A DNA stretch of 57,358 bases, taken from the IMG/VR virus record IMGVR_UViG_3300034104_004986, positions 1 to 57,358 of that record; one strand, 5' to 3'. The notes beneath the pieces were generated by a model, which searched no databases, was not told the DNA's origin, and was given only the letters and a program-made list of their open reading frames with translations. Source of the stretch: a virus (lineage: Duplodnaviria > Caudoviricetes). The translations under genes were made by a program, and so were the position numbers. This document shows positions 25,187 through 34,310 of the stretch, in pieces; position 1 is the first letter of the stretch; the number at the start of each line of letters is the position of its first letter.

Positions 25187-26173
25187 TTAATTTTGTTGAT
25201 TTGTAGTTGTTGTCTGTGTTGTGACATCTGCTTTTGCAGTTTCATACTCAGAAGTTACTGTAGTTTTTATATTTTTAATAAAACCAAGGTCTGCTTCTGT
25301 CATATAGAAATCTCTAGCCATAAACTGATAATTCTCTGCTAATGGCTGACCACCTGGTCCATACATTGTAGCCATAGAAATTAAATTAACTTCTTGCACA
25401 ACTACCTTCATAGGACTTGCTATGTTATCTATTCTAACTAGTCTTTCATTTGTATCGGCCATTAGCATTCTATCTATATTGTCGACTTCCCTGTCATCTA
25501 TAGAGGAAGAGTAGTTCATCGGAGTTAGAGATGCTTCTTGCGCACCGTACAGTATGATGAAATTGAATGGTGGATGTGCACTAAATATGTTGTGCCCAGA
25601 ATCTTTTACATTCTTTGCAAATGCAGTATCTGTGGTTACTCTGTCTAATTGGCTTTGTGCCCAATACTTCTGTACATTTTTTTCATCATCTTCTACTGTT
25701 ATAGAATTTTGATTTTGCCCTGAGTTTTGAACAGAACTTGGTCTAAGAGTTGAAATAACATTATTTATTTCAGCTTTTGGAGAAGGACTTTCTGATCTAA
25801 TTCTGGCAGCTTCTTCCAATAGGTCTGTCATTCTCCTTGGATATCTTGTATACACAGTAAATTCACCAGTAATTAATCTTGTTCCGTATAGCATTGCATC
25901 GTAGTTATAGGACCAAAAACCATATAATGGTTGTTTTTCTTGCTTAATCGAATATGCAAATGAAGCAATATCTAGTTCATGCTTTGGCTCAAATAAACCA
26001 TCTATGTATATTTTTACATCTTCACCAGAAAAATAATAGTCGTAATAATTATTAAATCTACTGTCTCTATCACTTTTTTGTGAGCCACCAGACCAAATTT
26101 TATCCAATGAATCAGACAGTGGATCAAATGCCCTGCTATTGGGCCAACTATTTTGATTAACTGAATATGACAT
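25187..26173 (-). CDS. Tail tube-like protein (paralog 3, possible tube initiator)
   Basis: YFSGEDVKIYI..SFAYSIKQEKQPLYGF..GTRLITGEF..HPPFNFIILY mirrors tube TFSGADIVATF..ITFSVTREKAPIYTM..GKRGIAGSL..IPPFDITVTF. Confidence 0.65.
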   Translation of the reverse strand: MSYSVNQNSWPNSRAFDPLSDSLDKIWSGGSQKSDRDSRFNNYYDYYFSGEDVKIYIDGLFEPKHELDIASFAYSIKQEKQPLYGFWSYNYDAMLYGTRLITGEFTVYTRYPRRMTDLLEEAARIRSESPSPKAEINNVISTLRPSSVQNSGQNQNSITVEDDEKNVQKYWAQSQLDRVTTDTAFAKNVKDSGHNIFSAHPPFNFIILYGAQEASLTPMNYSSSIDDREVDNIDRMLMADTNERLVRIDNIASPMKVVVQEVNLISMATMYGPGGQPLAENYQFMARDFYMTEADLGFIKNIKTTVTSEYETAKADVTTQTTTTNQQN

Positions 26174-26179
26174 ATTTAT

Positions 26180-26890
26180 TTATGCTCCGTATACATCATC
26201 TACAAAATTATTATATAAAGTAGATATTTGTCCTTCTGTGCTATCGCCAAATATATTTTTATTTGTTTGATCAACAATTCTTTGAAATTCTTGTGTAGCG
26301 CTAGTTTTTTCTTTATCGCCTACAACATGAACCATGGGCTGAATTCCTCTAGCCATATAACTGTATGTTTGTTCAGTTATAAGGTCATCTATAGACATCG
26401 TTTGACCTTCGTCTATAATAGTAATCCCAAAAATTTTCATTTTTGAAGAAACACCATATTCGTTAAAAAATGTAAATACCAAATCAAACGGAGGCAACAT
26501 ATCTGCTAATGGAGCAAAGAAACCATTTTGATCAGCTAAATAATTTTTATATTGTTTAATTTGATAGAATGCATATTCATTAAATACAGTAAAGATTAAA
26601 GAACCAGCGATGGTTCTTCCACCTCTAACAAAACCTCTAACATTAGAATGTCCTATTGTTCTAATTGGAGTATTTTCTCTATGTATAGAATATGAAACCG
26701 TCTGCAAGCTGCCTAATTCTATCACATCTCCATCGCTCTGTATTTTTCCATCTCTACCTATTACTGGTATTATCATGGTAGCGACAATATCTGCTCCAGA
26801 ATAAGATATATTATTTAGAAGTGGGTTAGTAGAATCAGAATCATTTTTTAGATTAGCTGTTGATATTTTTTGGGAATTGATAACTGGCAT
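26180..26890 (-). CDS. Tail tube-like protein (paralog 2)
   Basis: SYSGADIVA..SYSIHRENTPI..GGRTIAGSLIFTVF..ADMLPPFD..DEGQTMSIDDL..TYSYMAR closely matches 26967..27641. Confidence 0.7.
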   Translation of the reverse strand: MPVINSQKISTANLKNDSDSTNPLLNNISYSGADIVATMIIPVIGRDGKIQSDGDVIELGSLQTVSYSIHRENTPIRTIGHSNVRGFVRGGRTIAGSLIFTVFNEYAFYQIKQYKNYLADQNGFFAPLADMLPPFDLVFTFFNEYGVSSKMKIFGITIIDEGQTMSIDDLITEQTYSYMARGIQPMVHVVGDKEKTSATQEFQRIVDQTNKNIFGDSTEGQISTLYNNFVDDVYGA

Positions 26891-26908
26891 TTTTGCTCCT
26901 GTAAATAA

Positions 26909-26945
26909 TAATGGTGCACGAAGAACTAGCCCCCGTGCACCATTA
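26909..26945 (-). terminator. Hairpin, probable terminator/attenuator after the major tube gene
   Basis: Perfect 12-bp inverted repeat TAATGGTGCACG / CGTGCACCATTA, followed on the minus strand by TTATTT. Confidence 0.65.
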
Positions 26946-26966
26946 CCAAAATTAGTTAATTTATAA

Positions 26967-27641
26967 TTATGGACGAATTATTTCAGTGTTCAAACCATTT
27001 CTGGCTGGATCAGAAAGAGTTGCGTCGTTATTTCTGTCTACCTGGATGGTATACATTGGACCCAATTCTCTAGCTACATAAGTCATTGTTTCTTCGATAA
27101 CAATGTCATCCATTGAAGCTCCTGAACCTTCGTTTAATAATTCAACTCCATATATTGATCTTGCAGCTGCGTTTCCGTATTCATTAACGAAAGTAACTGT
27201 AATATCAAATGGGGGAATTTGGTCTGCGTAGTATGGGGTTTTCTTTACAACGTCTTTTGTCCAACCAGTTGGGTTATTCGCTGTTGCAAATCCTGGAATA
27301 CCTCTACCAGCTGAGTGATCATCGCCTGGAAGAGTATTATGCGCTCTTGTGTAAAAGTTCATTGGTGATTGAGTTGAGTAGTTCTTTTCCAACATTGTAT
27401 ACAAAGCTGGACGATCAAATACTGTAAATATTAATGAGCCAGCAATACCACGCTTACCTCTAGAGAATGAGCGTGGATTAGGTGATCCCATTGTATAGAT
27501 TGGGGCTTTTTCTCTGGTTACTGAGAAAGTAATGCCAGATAAAGCTCCGATTTCTATACCACCAAATGTTGCAACAATGTCAGCACCTGAGAATGTTGTG
27601 TAAGTATTAAGATACTTATTGATTGAATTGTTTTCCGCCAT
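26967..27641 (-). CDS. Major tail tube protein
   Basis: Directly after sheath; 224 aa; strong SD (GGAGGG); followed by a hairpin; myophage tube-type motifs. Confidence 0.75.
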   Translation of the reverse strand: MAENNSINKYLNTYTTFSGADIVATFGGIEIGALSGITFSVTREKAPIYTMGSPNPRSFSRGKRGIAGSLIFTVFDRPALYTMLEKNYSTQSPMNFYTRAHNTLPGDDHSAGRGIPGFATANNPTGWTKDVVKKTPYYADQIPPFDITVTFVNEYGNAAARSIYGVELLNEGSGASMDDIVIEETMTYVARELGPMYTIQVDRNNDATLSDPARNGLNTEIIRP

Positions 27642-27665
27642 TTTTATTACCCTCCGTTCGGTTAA

Positions 27666-28922
27666 TTATACGTTAATGGCTATCTGCACCTGTATTGACT
27701 TAAGCTCAAAAGCAGGTGTTAATATAAGGTCTACAATCGCCTTGTTTTCATTTGGAATATAAGTAACATTAAAGTCACTTTCCAACACGGCACCTAGTAA
27801 TTGCATTCCTCTAAGAGCTGAAGAGATCGCTGTTTCCATTGAGTTTCTCATTTGAACAGTAGATGCTTCTCCAACAAATTTATTTGTAGCTTGACGAACA
27901 AGATTTGCAGCTTCGTCAACTATTCTCTTTGTAGAAAGTCTTAAGAAATCTGAAGTTGCATTTGCGAATGTAACTCCATCACCGAATACTGCTATCTTAT
28001 TAAAGTTAAGAACTAATGTATTTACTCCCTTACCAGCTAAAGTCTCTTGCAAGGTTCTAGTTGGAACATAGCGTAAAGATTGAACATTATATGCAGGCTT
28101 GTTTGTAATAGCTGAATAAGAAGACAGTCTACTTATTGCTGAAGCTGTCGCACATGCTCCATTGGAGTAGCCAAAGTCAACTCCATCCTTAGAAACATAA
28201 CCAGTTGGCTTCATTTCTGCTGCTATAACAACAACGTAAGGACCGTAGTCTTTTATTCCACTGAGTTCTTTGCTGACCAAGGTGGACATAGCAAGGTGTG
28301 TTGATACTTGAGCTGGAGTCATTGACTCATTAGAGGATGAGTCATATGGAGCAATTCCAAGAACTGCTATACATGGATGAGTATTCTCCGAAATTTCTTT
28401 TACTTTTTCTCCAATTTTTTTAATCCAACTATTATTAAGAGTTGTGCTATTATCCGCATGGAAGCCGAATGTATCAGTGTTTGGAGTTGCTGTTCCATCC
28501 CAGTCAGAAGAGTTTCCGCCTCTTCCCCAAGGTACGATAATGTCAGGAAGAACTGACTCTGCAGCTGCAAAAGCTGCAGACAAAAGTTCTGCTGAACTCT
28601 CACCATAACTATCGCTAGATATTGTTCCTGCTGTATCACTAAATTCAGTGTCAGCTGGAAGTGGAACTAAAAATATTCTTTGTGCCCCTGAAGCTACTAA
28701 CTCCAAGAAAGCTTTGTGTAAATCGCTAGCCTCACCAAAGACATCTATGACGTCTTTTTCTGTGGTAGCTTGAACTATGTCAAGATCTTGAACTCTACTA
28801 GAATCAGTAGCTGTTTCGCCTCTCTTGGCTATAGCTACGATTTTAGGACCCGTTGGGGTTTCTTGACGAGAAATGCTGTAAAAGCGATCTCTAATTAGGG
28901 TTGTTACGCCAGGTATAGCCAT
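27666..28922 (-). CDS. Tail sheath protein (start revised to MAIPGV at 28922)
   Basis: N-terminal PGV motif; C-terminal sheath pattern LAGKGVNTL..DGVT..FLRLSTKRIVD..KFVGE..VDLILTPAFELKSI; SD GGAGG upstream of 28922. Confidence 0.8.
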   Translation of the reverse strand: MAIPGVTTLIRDRFYSISRQETPTGPKIVAIAKRGETATDSSRVQDLDIVQATTEKDVIDVFGEASDLHKAFLELVASGAQRIFLVPLPADTEFSDTAGTISSDSYGESSAELLSAAFAAAESVLPDIIVPWGRGGNSSDWDGTATPNTDTFGFHADNSTTLNNSWIKKIGEKVKEISENTHPCIAVLGIAPYDSSSNESMTPAQVSTHLAMSTLVSKELSGIKDYGPYVVVIAAEMKPTGYVSKDGVDFGYSNGACATASAISRLSSYSAITNKPAYNVQSLRYVPTRTLQETLAGKGVNTLVLNFNKIAVFGDGVTFANATSDFLRLSTKRIVDEAANLVRQATNKFVGEASTVQMRNSMETAISSALRGMQLLGAVLESDFNVTYIPNENKAIVDLILTPAFELKSIQVQIAINV

Positions 28923-28969
28923 CTTATCTTTGAACCTCCGACTAAGCGTTTGTTGGTTAATCTCATCTA

Positions 28970-28978
28970 ATAGTAACA
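28970..28978 (-). promoter_or_regulatory. Putative promoter element TGTTACTAT (extended -10-like) upstream of sheath
   Basis: Same 9-mer at 33069..33077 and 45360..45368; variants at 48980..48988 and 41142..41150; all intergenic. Confidence 0.5.
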
Positions 28979-29036
28979 AGCAAGTTATAAAAATAACGAC
29001 CATACGATTATTAGCTGTTAATATTTATATGATTAT

Positions 29037-29843
29037 TTATGTATTAGGGGTAGCTGTCTGTTGTAAATCTATAATATTTAATTGTAAATTTTCATAGTTT
29101 GGAGTTGCTTGCTGAAGTAGCTCTTGCTCCACAGCCATATATGTTCTAACATCTAGTGCAATTCTTTCTATAGATTCAACATCTGCCCCATAAAGCTTTT
29201 CAGTAGTTAACATATAGGTTACTGTTCTTTTATGAACGTCTGAAGATTGTCTATTTACTTCTCCATCCGAAAGTCTTCTAGCGTAGACTAGCTCTGCGGC
29301 TCCTATTCTTTTAAATATAGGAGTATATTCAAGCATAAAATCCTCAAATGATTCAATTAAAGATTCAACGACATAGGCATTGTCGTGATCATTGTCTACT
29401 GTTTCGGTATTGCCATCATACCTCTTGCCAACCGGCGAAACAGCGCAGAAAGAAACAACATTTTGAAACCTCTGCCCATATATAGCTACCTTATCTTTTG
29501 GATAAGAATATCTCATTCTTGGCTTTGGCTCTATTGAGTGAGCTTTTCTTAATTCTAAACTATAAGTTATGATAGCATCGGTGGGTTCCCATGCTCCTAC
29601 AACTTCATGAGTAACAGGATCGGTAGCTGCTTTGTTGTACCACGTAAATGCATGATCTGAACTTGTTGAAGGTTTAATTGGATACATTGGAAAAGACTCT
29701 TCCCAAAGTGCTTTTACTGCAGCTATAAATTCTAAATAACTTAGATTACCCTCTGCCTGTAATGGTTCTCCAAATTTTACTTTAGAGTAAGATTTAATTG
29801 AACCAAAACCAGGAAATCCTCTTTGCCAACGCCATTGACTCAT
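29037..29843 (-). CDS. Neck/tail-completion (tail terminator-like) protein
   Basis: Position between head-tail genes and sheath; 268 aa; inferred from gene order only. Confidence 0.45.
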   Translation of the reverse strand: MSQWRWQRGFPGFGSIKSYSKVKFGEPLQAEGNLSYLEFIAAVKALWEESFPMYPIKPSTSSDHAFTWYNKAATDPVTHEVVGAWEPTDAIITYSLELRKAHSIEPKPRMRYSYPKDKVAIYGQRFQNVVSFCAVSPVGKRYDGNTETVDNDHDNAYVVESLIESFEDFMLEYTPIFKRIGAAELVYARRLSDGEVNRQSSDVHKRTVTYMLTTEKLYGADVESIERIALDVRTYMAVEQELLQQATPNYENLQLNIIDLQQTATPNT

Positions 29844-29844
29844 A

Positions 29845-31440
29845 TCAGACTCCCGGACCAGCGGATAAAGATAGGCTTATTTTTTTCAAACCTAATGATG
29901 ATATTACATTAATATATAACATTATTACACCTTTTTCTGTTTTTGAAGGAATAGCTTTAAACTCAAAATCAGATATAATTTGATTATTCTTTAAGTACAA
30001 TAGTGTATTACTTACTTCTGAAGATACTTGGTCATAGCTAAATTTGCCTATAGATTTATAACTTGAATTTTTAACCTCGCTTGATAGCAGTGATGCTAGT
30101 CTGACTTGTGGAAGCTTACTGAATACAGAATTTAAATTTGCCATTGTATAATCGTTTGAAACATAAACCTCAAAAGGATTTCCTCTTCTAGCTTTATTGC
30201 CTTTATATATAGTATTAATCCCCATACTATCTAAAGCATTTATCTCCGCATTTGTTAGTTCAGCCCCAAAAAGCGCCATTGCTCCTGGTATTTTTTTTCT
30301 AGTTAAACCTATATTGATTTGTGTTGAAGAGATCATCCCAGCAAATGCTGCTGCTACTGAACTGGTATAAGTTGTTTGAAAAAAACTATGAGAGAAAGTT
30401 GCTTCTCCATAAATAGGGATAATATATCTTCCTTTATCTGAAGAAATTTGACCACTATAATCATACGTTGTAAATTTATCTTTTAATATACTGTTTGATT
30501 TTATTATTTCAATATCAGATGAATTTGTGCCATTAGTTTTTGATCCTATTATTCCGATTTGAACATATCCTGTTTCATTATGAAAATTGCTACAATAATT
30601 AGCTAATTGGGACATAAAATCAACAGAGCCTGTTCTTATGAATGATGTCTCTAGCGGCACTACAATATCTATGAAATCTAAAACTTTTATAACAGAATAT
30701 GTTTCTTCAAGTCTTTCATAATACTTTTCATAAAAAGTTTGATATGAAGGAGTAGCCTGATCAATATTAAAATAATTATATTCAGTTCCTCTTTCTTCTA
30801 TATCTGAAACATATTCTGACATTGGTGCTGCGGCACATATAAATATATCTCTAGCGCCGGCATCGTAGGCATCTAAAACACCTCTTAATAAAGGGCTTTT
30901 TGTATTTGCTCCAAGTAAGTCTATTGCATTCTGTACTGACTTTAGTTTAATTGGATTGTTTAGCTGCATTCCGTCTGCATGGCCGATTAATAATATTGAA
31001 TTTGTATTTGAAGAAGAAAGATCTTGGTATGTTGGTCTATATGATACAACGCTAGACCTATTTCCTATTGGAACTGTTGGATTTGGCTCATATATTGAAT
31101 CTTTAACTTGAAAAGACGACTCTATAACTAGCGGTTGACCGGATTTTACAGTCTTTGCTATTACTGTGTATGGACCAGGAAATATATTAACAGGAACTTT
31201 ATAGTGAAAAATAAATTCTAAATTATTTGTTTTTTCAATATACGCAGAAGTATCTGGTGTAGCGTGGGAGTTGTTGTATGAAATTGGATTCAATATAACA
31301 GATCCAGATAAACTGTCTCCCCTAACTATACCAATGGTAATGTCTTCTGGAATCGTTTGAGTTGTAGGATCATATACTTCGCCATCGGCGGCAAATAAGA
31401 ATTTAAATTGAATAGTTTGACCCTTTGAAACTACTAACAT
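29845..31440 (-). CDS. Second sheath-like protein with N-terminal Ig-like domain (start revised to MLVVSKG at 31440)
   Basis: C-terminal two-thirds parallels the sheath: SPLLRGVLDAYDAGARDIF vs SDLHKAFLELVASGAQRIF; DIVVP vs DIIVP; LDSMGINTI vs LAGKGVNTL. Confidence 0.6.
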   Translation of the reverse strand: MLVVSKGQTIQFKFLFAADGEVYDPTTQTIPEDITIGIVRGDSLSGSVILNPISYNNSHATPDTSAYIEKTNNLEFIFHYKVPVNIFPGPYTVIAKTVKSGQPLVIESSFQVKDSIYEPNPTVPIGNRSSVVSYRPTYQDLSSSNTNSILLIGHADGMQLNNPIKLKSVQNAIDLLGANTKSPLLRGVLDAYDAGARDIFICAAAPMSEYVSDIEERGTEYNYFNIDQATPSYQTFYEKYYERLEETYSVIKVLDFIDIVVPLETSFIRTGSVDFMSQLANYCSNFHNETGYVQIGIIGSKTNGTNSSDIEIIKSNSILKDKFTTYDYSGQISSDKGRYIIPIYGEATFSHSFFQTTYTSSVAAAFAGMISSTQINIGLTRKKIPGAMALFGAELTNAEINALDSMGINTIYKGNKARRGNPFEVYVSNDYTMANLNSVFSKLPQVRLASLLSSEVKNSSYKSIGKFSYDQVSSEVSNTLLYLKNNQIISDFEFKAIPSKTEKGVIMLYINVISSLGLKKISLSLSAGPGV

Positions 31441-31441
31441 A

Positions 31442-31816
31442 TTAAACCTGTTTATCTCTTGTTGCACCAACAGTCCAGAAAGTTATCTTACCCATTCTAC
31501 CTCTCATAGGAGAGGCTGTATCTATTACATAAATAGTTTGTCTTCCGTGGGCGTTGGGCAGTTGTTCGTATACCCTATCCCCCTCTTGAGGATTAACTTC
31601 TGCTTCAAAATAGTATACAATATCAGAGTTAATGATTATTCCTTCATCTTCTTCTTGTTTAGATTGAGAGTTAATTTTACCATTAGGAAAAACGCTTCTT
31701 GTAGTTACTCTTTCTAAAGAATCTGAGTAATTTCCATTAAACAATTTTCTTTGAATATAAACATCATAGCCCCATTCTTGAAGAATCTTTTTAAAGGTTT
31801 TGTCAAGACTAATCAT
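31442..31816 (-). CDS. Head closure/head-tail joining protein
   Basis: 124 aa; VYYFEAEVNPQEGDRVYE pattern typical of head-closure proteins; gene order. Confidence 0.5.
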   Translation of the reverse strand: MISLDKTFKKILQEWGYDVYIQRKLFNGNYSDSLERVTTRSVFPNGKINSQSKQEEDEGIIINSDIVYYFEAEVNPQEGDRVYEQLPNAHGRQTIYVIDTASPMRGRMGKITFWTVGATRDKQV

Positions 31817-32699
31817 AGCTTCTTAGACCCCTCTTGGGCATTGGATCTTCATCTCTTAGGACTTTTTCTCCTGGACCGTATAGATCTCTATCTCCAAGAT
31901 AAATTGTCTTTCCTGTTTGTGGATCGTAATTTCTTGGTTTTTGAGATATAGATATGGGAAGACCTTTTGGTTGGAAACCTTTTGGGCCAACTTTTCCAGC
32001 TAAAATTTCTTTTCTTAAGGCAGCAGCTATCTGACACCATGTCGTTGCATTGCCTCTGGTAATTTGGGTTCTAGGAAGTGATCTAGATGAGACTGTTAAA
32101 TCGCCCAATTGAATAGACATTTCATCATCTCCGCCATAATTGTATGTTCTACTTAGTTCACATGCTGTGGCTGCTTTTATGTATTCTAAAACATTAAAGC
32201 CTAGATCAGAGCCTGTAATCTCATCTCCATATGAATACATTTGTTTTATTTCTAGGGAAAAACCATGTATAATTTCGCCTATTTCCATCAATGAGGCTTC
32301 GGGAAAGTAGGCTTTTAATTCTTCTGGATTTAAATATAATGGTTCAACATCTGGAGCAAAAGTTATAACCTCTTCATGCCTGAGTGTTATTAATGGCCTA
32401 TACTCATCTGTTGGGGTACTAACATATAGCTGTTGATTAACAGTTATATAACTATTATCCTCCATTGTTCCAACAAAAGTAACCTTATATTCTCCAGCTT
32501 CAGTGGGAGTAAAATCATAATAATATTCAGAATCTGTCAACTGTGTTGCTGTCTGAGAAACAATTTCAGAGTTATCAGAATCGTAAACCTTTACAATAAC
32601 ATACGTAGGGGTAGCTTCTACTTGCTGACCCTCTGCATTAATGTCTATGAATTTAACTTTAATTCTTACAGTATTATTAACTAATACATCATTGATCAT
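31809..32699 (-). CDS. Head-tail adaptor-like protein with N-terminal Ig-like domain
   Basis: N-terminal YYYDFTPTEAGEYKVTF beta-rich domain; C-terminal EYIKAATACEL..SIQLGDLTVS adaptor-like pattern. Confidence 0.5.
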   Translation of the reverse strand: MINDVLVNNTVRIKVKFIDINAEGQQVEATPTYVIVKVYDSDNSEIVSQTATQLTDSEYYYDFTPTEAGEYKVTFVGTMEDNSYITVNQQLYVSTPTDEYRPLITLRHEEVITFAPDVEPLYLNPEELKAYFPEASLMEIGEIIHGFSLEIKQMYSYGDEITGSDLGFNVLEYIKAATACELSRTYNYGGDDEMSIQLGDLTVSSRSLPRTQITRGNATTWCQIAAALRKEILAGKVGPKGFQPKGLPISISQKPRNYDPQTGKTIYLGDRDLYGPGEKVLRDEDPMPKRGLRSYD

Positions 32700-32737
32700 T
32701 TTTTTTCTCCGTTATTTAGACACTAAAATATTATAAA

Positions 32738-33031
32738 TTATACAAATACTTCAAAAGTAATTTCTGAACTATCATTTACATATATTGTCTCTGCTTGAGT
32801 AATTGCATAGGCTTGCTGGGGAGAAGCTTCTATTGTTATTACTCCAGATTCAGAATATTCTAGACTTATTGTTCCTATTGTTGTGTAGTTGCTAAAGTCT
32901 TCGTTTAAGGATATAACTACATTGATATTTTCTAATACCAATGTAGATCCTATTGAGGGTATATTTAATATTACGGTACCTTGATAGTTGATACCTGGAG
33001 TGATATAGCTAATTGTATCATTATAAAGCAT
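32738..33031 (-). CDS. Hypothetical protein (~97 aa, beta-rich)
   Basis: ORF downstream of the promoter-like motif; ATG at 33031. Confidence 0.5.
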   Translation of the reverse strand: MLYNDTISYITPGINYQGTVILNIPSIGSTLVLENINVVISLNEDFSNYTTIGTISLEYSESGVITIEASPQQAYAITQAETIYVNDSSEITFEVFV

Positions 33032-33068
33032 TTTTGGTACCAAATTTCAAAAATAAAATATGTTATCT

Positions 33069-33077
33069 ATAGTAACA
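33069..33077 (-). promoter_or_regulatory. Putative promoter element TGTTACTAT
   Basis: Repeat of the intergenic 9-mer. Confidence 0.5.
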
Positions 33078-33088
33078 TTAATTATCTT

Positions 33089-33370
33089 TTAAGACCACCA
33101 AAAATATTTTAAAATAGAAAGGCTTGCTAGGATAACCCAGGCAACATTAAAAAGAATGATTGTTGGAAGGGTCTTGCGCGTTGATGTCCAAATTAAAGCC
33201 ACGCTTGAAATAATAGCAAAAATATAAAGCCACCAGAACTGTTTGCCAAAAAGAAGACCAGGGAAGATAATGGCAATCTTGGTAAAAAAGCCCCATGCCT
33301 CGACCGTATTTACGCGGTTCCAGTAATTTTTAGAACTCATTGTTCTTATGGCATTAAGTATCTTGTTCAT
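33089..33370 (-). CDS. Small membrane protein (~3 hydrophobic segments)
   Basis: 93 aa; IAIIFPGLLFG, WWLYIFAIISSVALIW, IILFNVAWVILASLSIL. Confidence 0.6.
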   Translation of the reverse strand: MNKILNAIRTMSSKNYWNRVNTVEAWGFFTKIAIIFPGLLFGKQFWWLYIFAIISSVALIWTSTRKTLPTIILFNVAWVILASLSILKYFWWS

Positions 33371-33548
33371 CTCTTATTCTTTTTCTTTCAAGTTGGTCAA
33401 AGTGCCAAAGAAGAATCATAGACTTCCCACCAAGAAAATGCACTTTCCATAAAAATTCTTTCCAACCTTCTTCTGTATTTGGAAAGTATTTGTTATCTGT
33501 TCTGTATCTATAGTCATCTACTTTAAAACGATAAATATCATTAGTCAT
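33354..33548 (-). CDS. Hypothetical protein (64 aa)
   Basis: Overlaps both neighbours in the same orientation. Confidence 0.5.
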   Translation of the reverse strand: MTNDIYRFKVDDYRYRTDNKYFPNTEEGWKEFLWKVHFLGGKSMILLWHFDQLERKRIRDEQDT

Positions 33549-34309
33549 TTTTTCTTCTTTTCCAAAATTGAATCAATTAATCTTGCGGCTTTCCTATACG
33601 CTTGTCCAGTTCCGAATCTTGGAGCTATTCCACCAGTCATGTACATGTTTGTTGACGCATATTTAAAGAATGATTCATCCATGAATTCAATTTCTGTTAT
33701 GTCTGAATTTCTTTTAAATGGAATTATCTGAACAAGTGGTGTCTGATATTTTATTGAAAATTCTGAATTTGTTTTTACATTTAATACAATATTTGCAACC
33801 TGATAGAAGTCCGTATGAACGATTACTGGAAGTATAGAATAGTCTTCATTTTCTTCATAATGAACTGGTAATATTAGTGAGGACCATCCTGGAGCTGTTT
33901 GTATTCTCCAAGGTGTTACTAATTTTGGATAGGACATTTTTTCTATTTTTCTAATATCAGTCATTGGACATTTGCCCGTTTGATTAAAAGAAAAATTACT
34001 TGCCCATTCAAAGCCAATTGGTGGATTCATATTATCTGCAGATATAGACCATACATTTTGTTCAATATTTGGGGCAAAATAAAAATTTGTCCATGCTGGT
34101 ATTGTTATACCTGCATTTAAAAAGTCTGAAACTCCGGCACAAGATCTAATTGACCCATGACCTTTATGTATTTGTCTAAACCATTTTGGTAAAGACTGCG
34201 AATTATTTACATAGGGAGCACTCGCCATGAATCTGTTGTCCATTGGAGTTACTCTAATTGAACCTGGTTTGACTTTTTTAATTTTTGATATATTTTTACT
34301 TTTCTTCAT
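33545..34309 (-). CDS. Hypothetical protein of a type often clustered with phage 2OG-Fe(II) oxygenases (dUTPase-like beta fold suspected)
   Basis: PKWF..SIRSCAGVSDFLNAG..PWRIQTAPGWSSLI..VIVHTD..TPLVQIIPFKR. Confidence 0.45.
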   Translation of the reverse strand: MKKSKNISKIKKVKPGSIRVTPMDNRFMASAPYVNNSQSLPKWFRQIHKGHGSIRSCAGVSDFLNAGITIPAWTNFYFAPNIEQNVWSISADNMNPPIGFEWASNFSFNQTGKCPMTDIRKIEKMSYPKLVTPWRIQTAPGWSSLILPVHYEENEDYSILPVIVHTDFYQVANIVLNVKTNSEFSIKYQTPLVQIIPFKRNSDITEIEFMDESFFKYASTNMYMTGGIAPRFGTGQAYRKAARLIDSILEKKKK

Positions 34310-34310
34310 A

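Noticed and set aside
28938-28940. In-frame CGG in the track ORF 27666..29003 without a frameshift (apparent counter-example)
   Set aside because: It lies upstream of the likely true start (MAIPGV at 28922) and is part of the SD sequence CGGAGG, so it is not translated.
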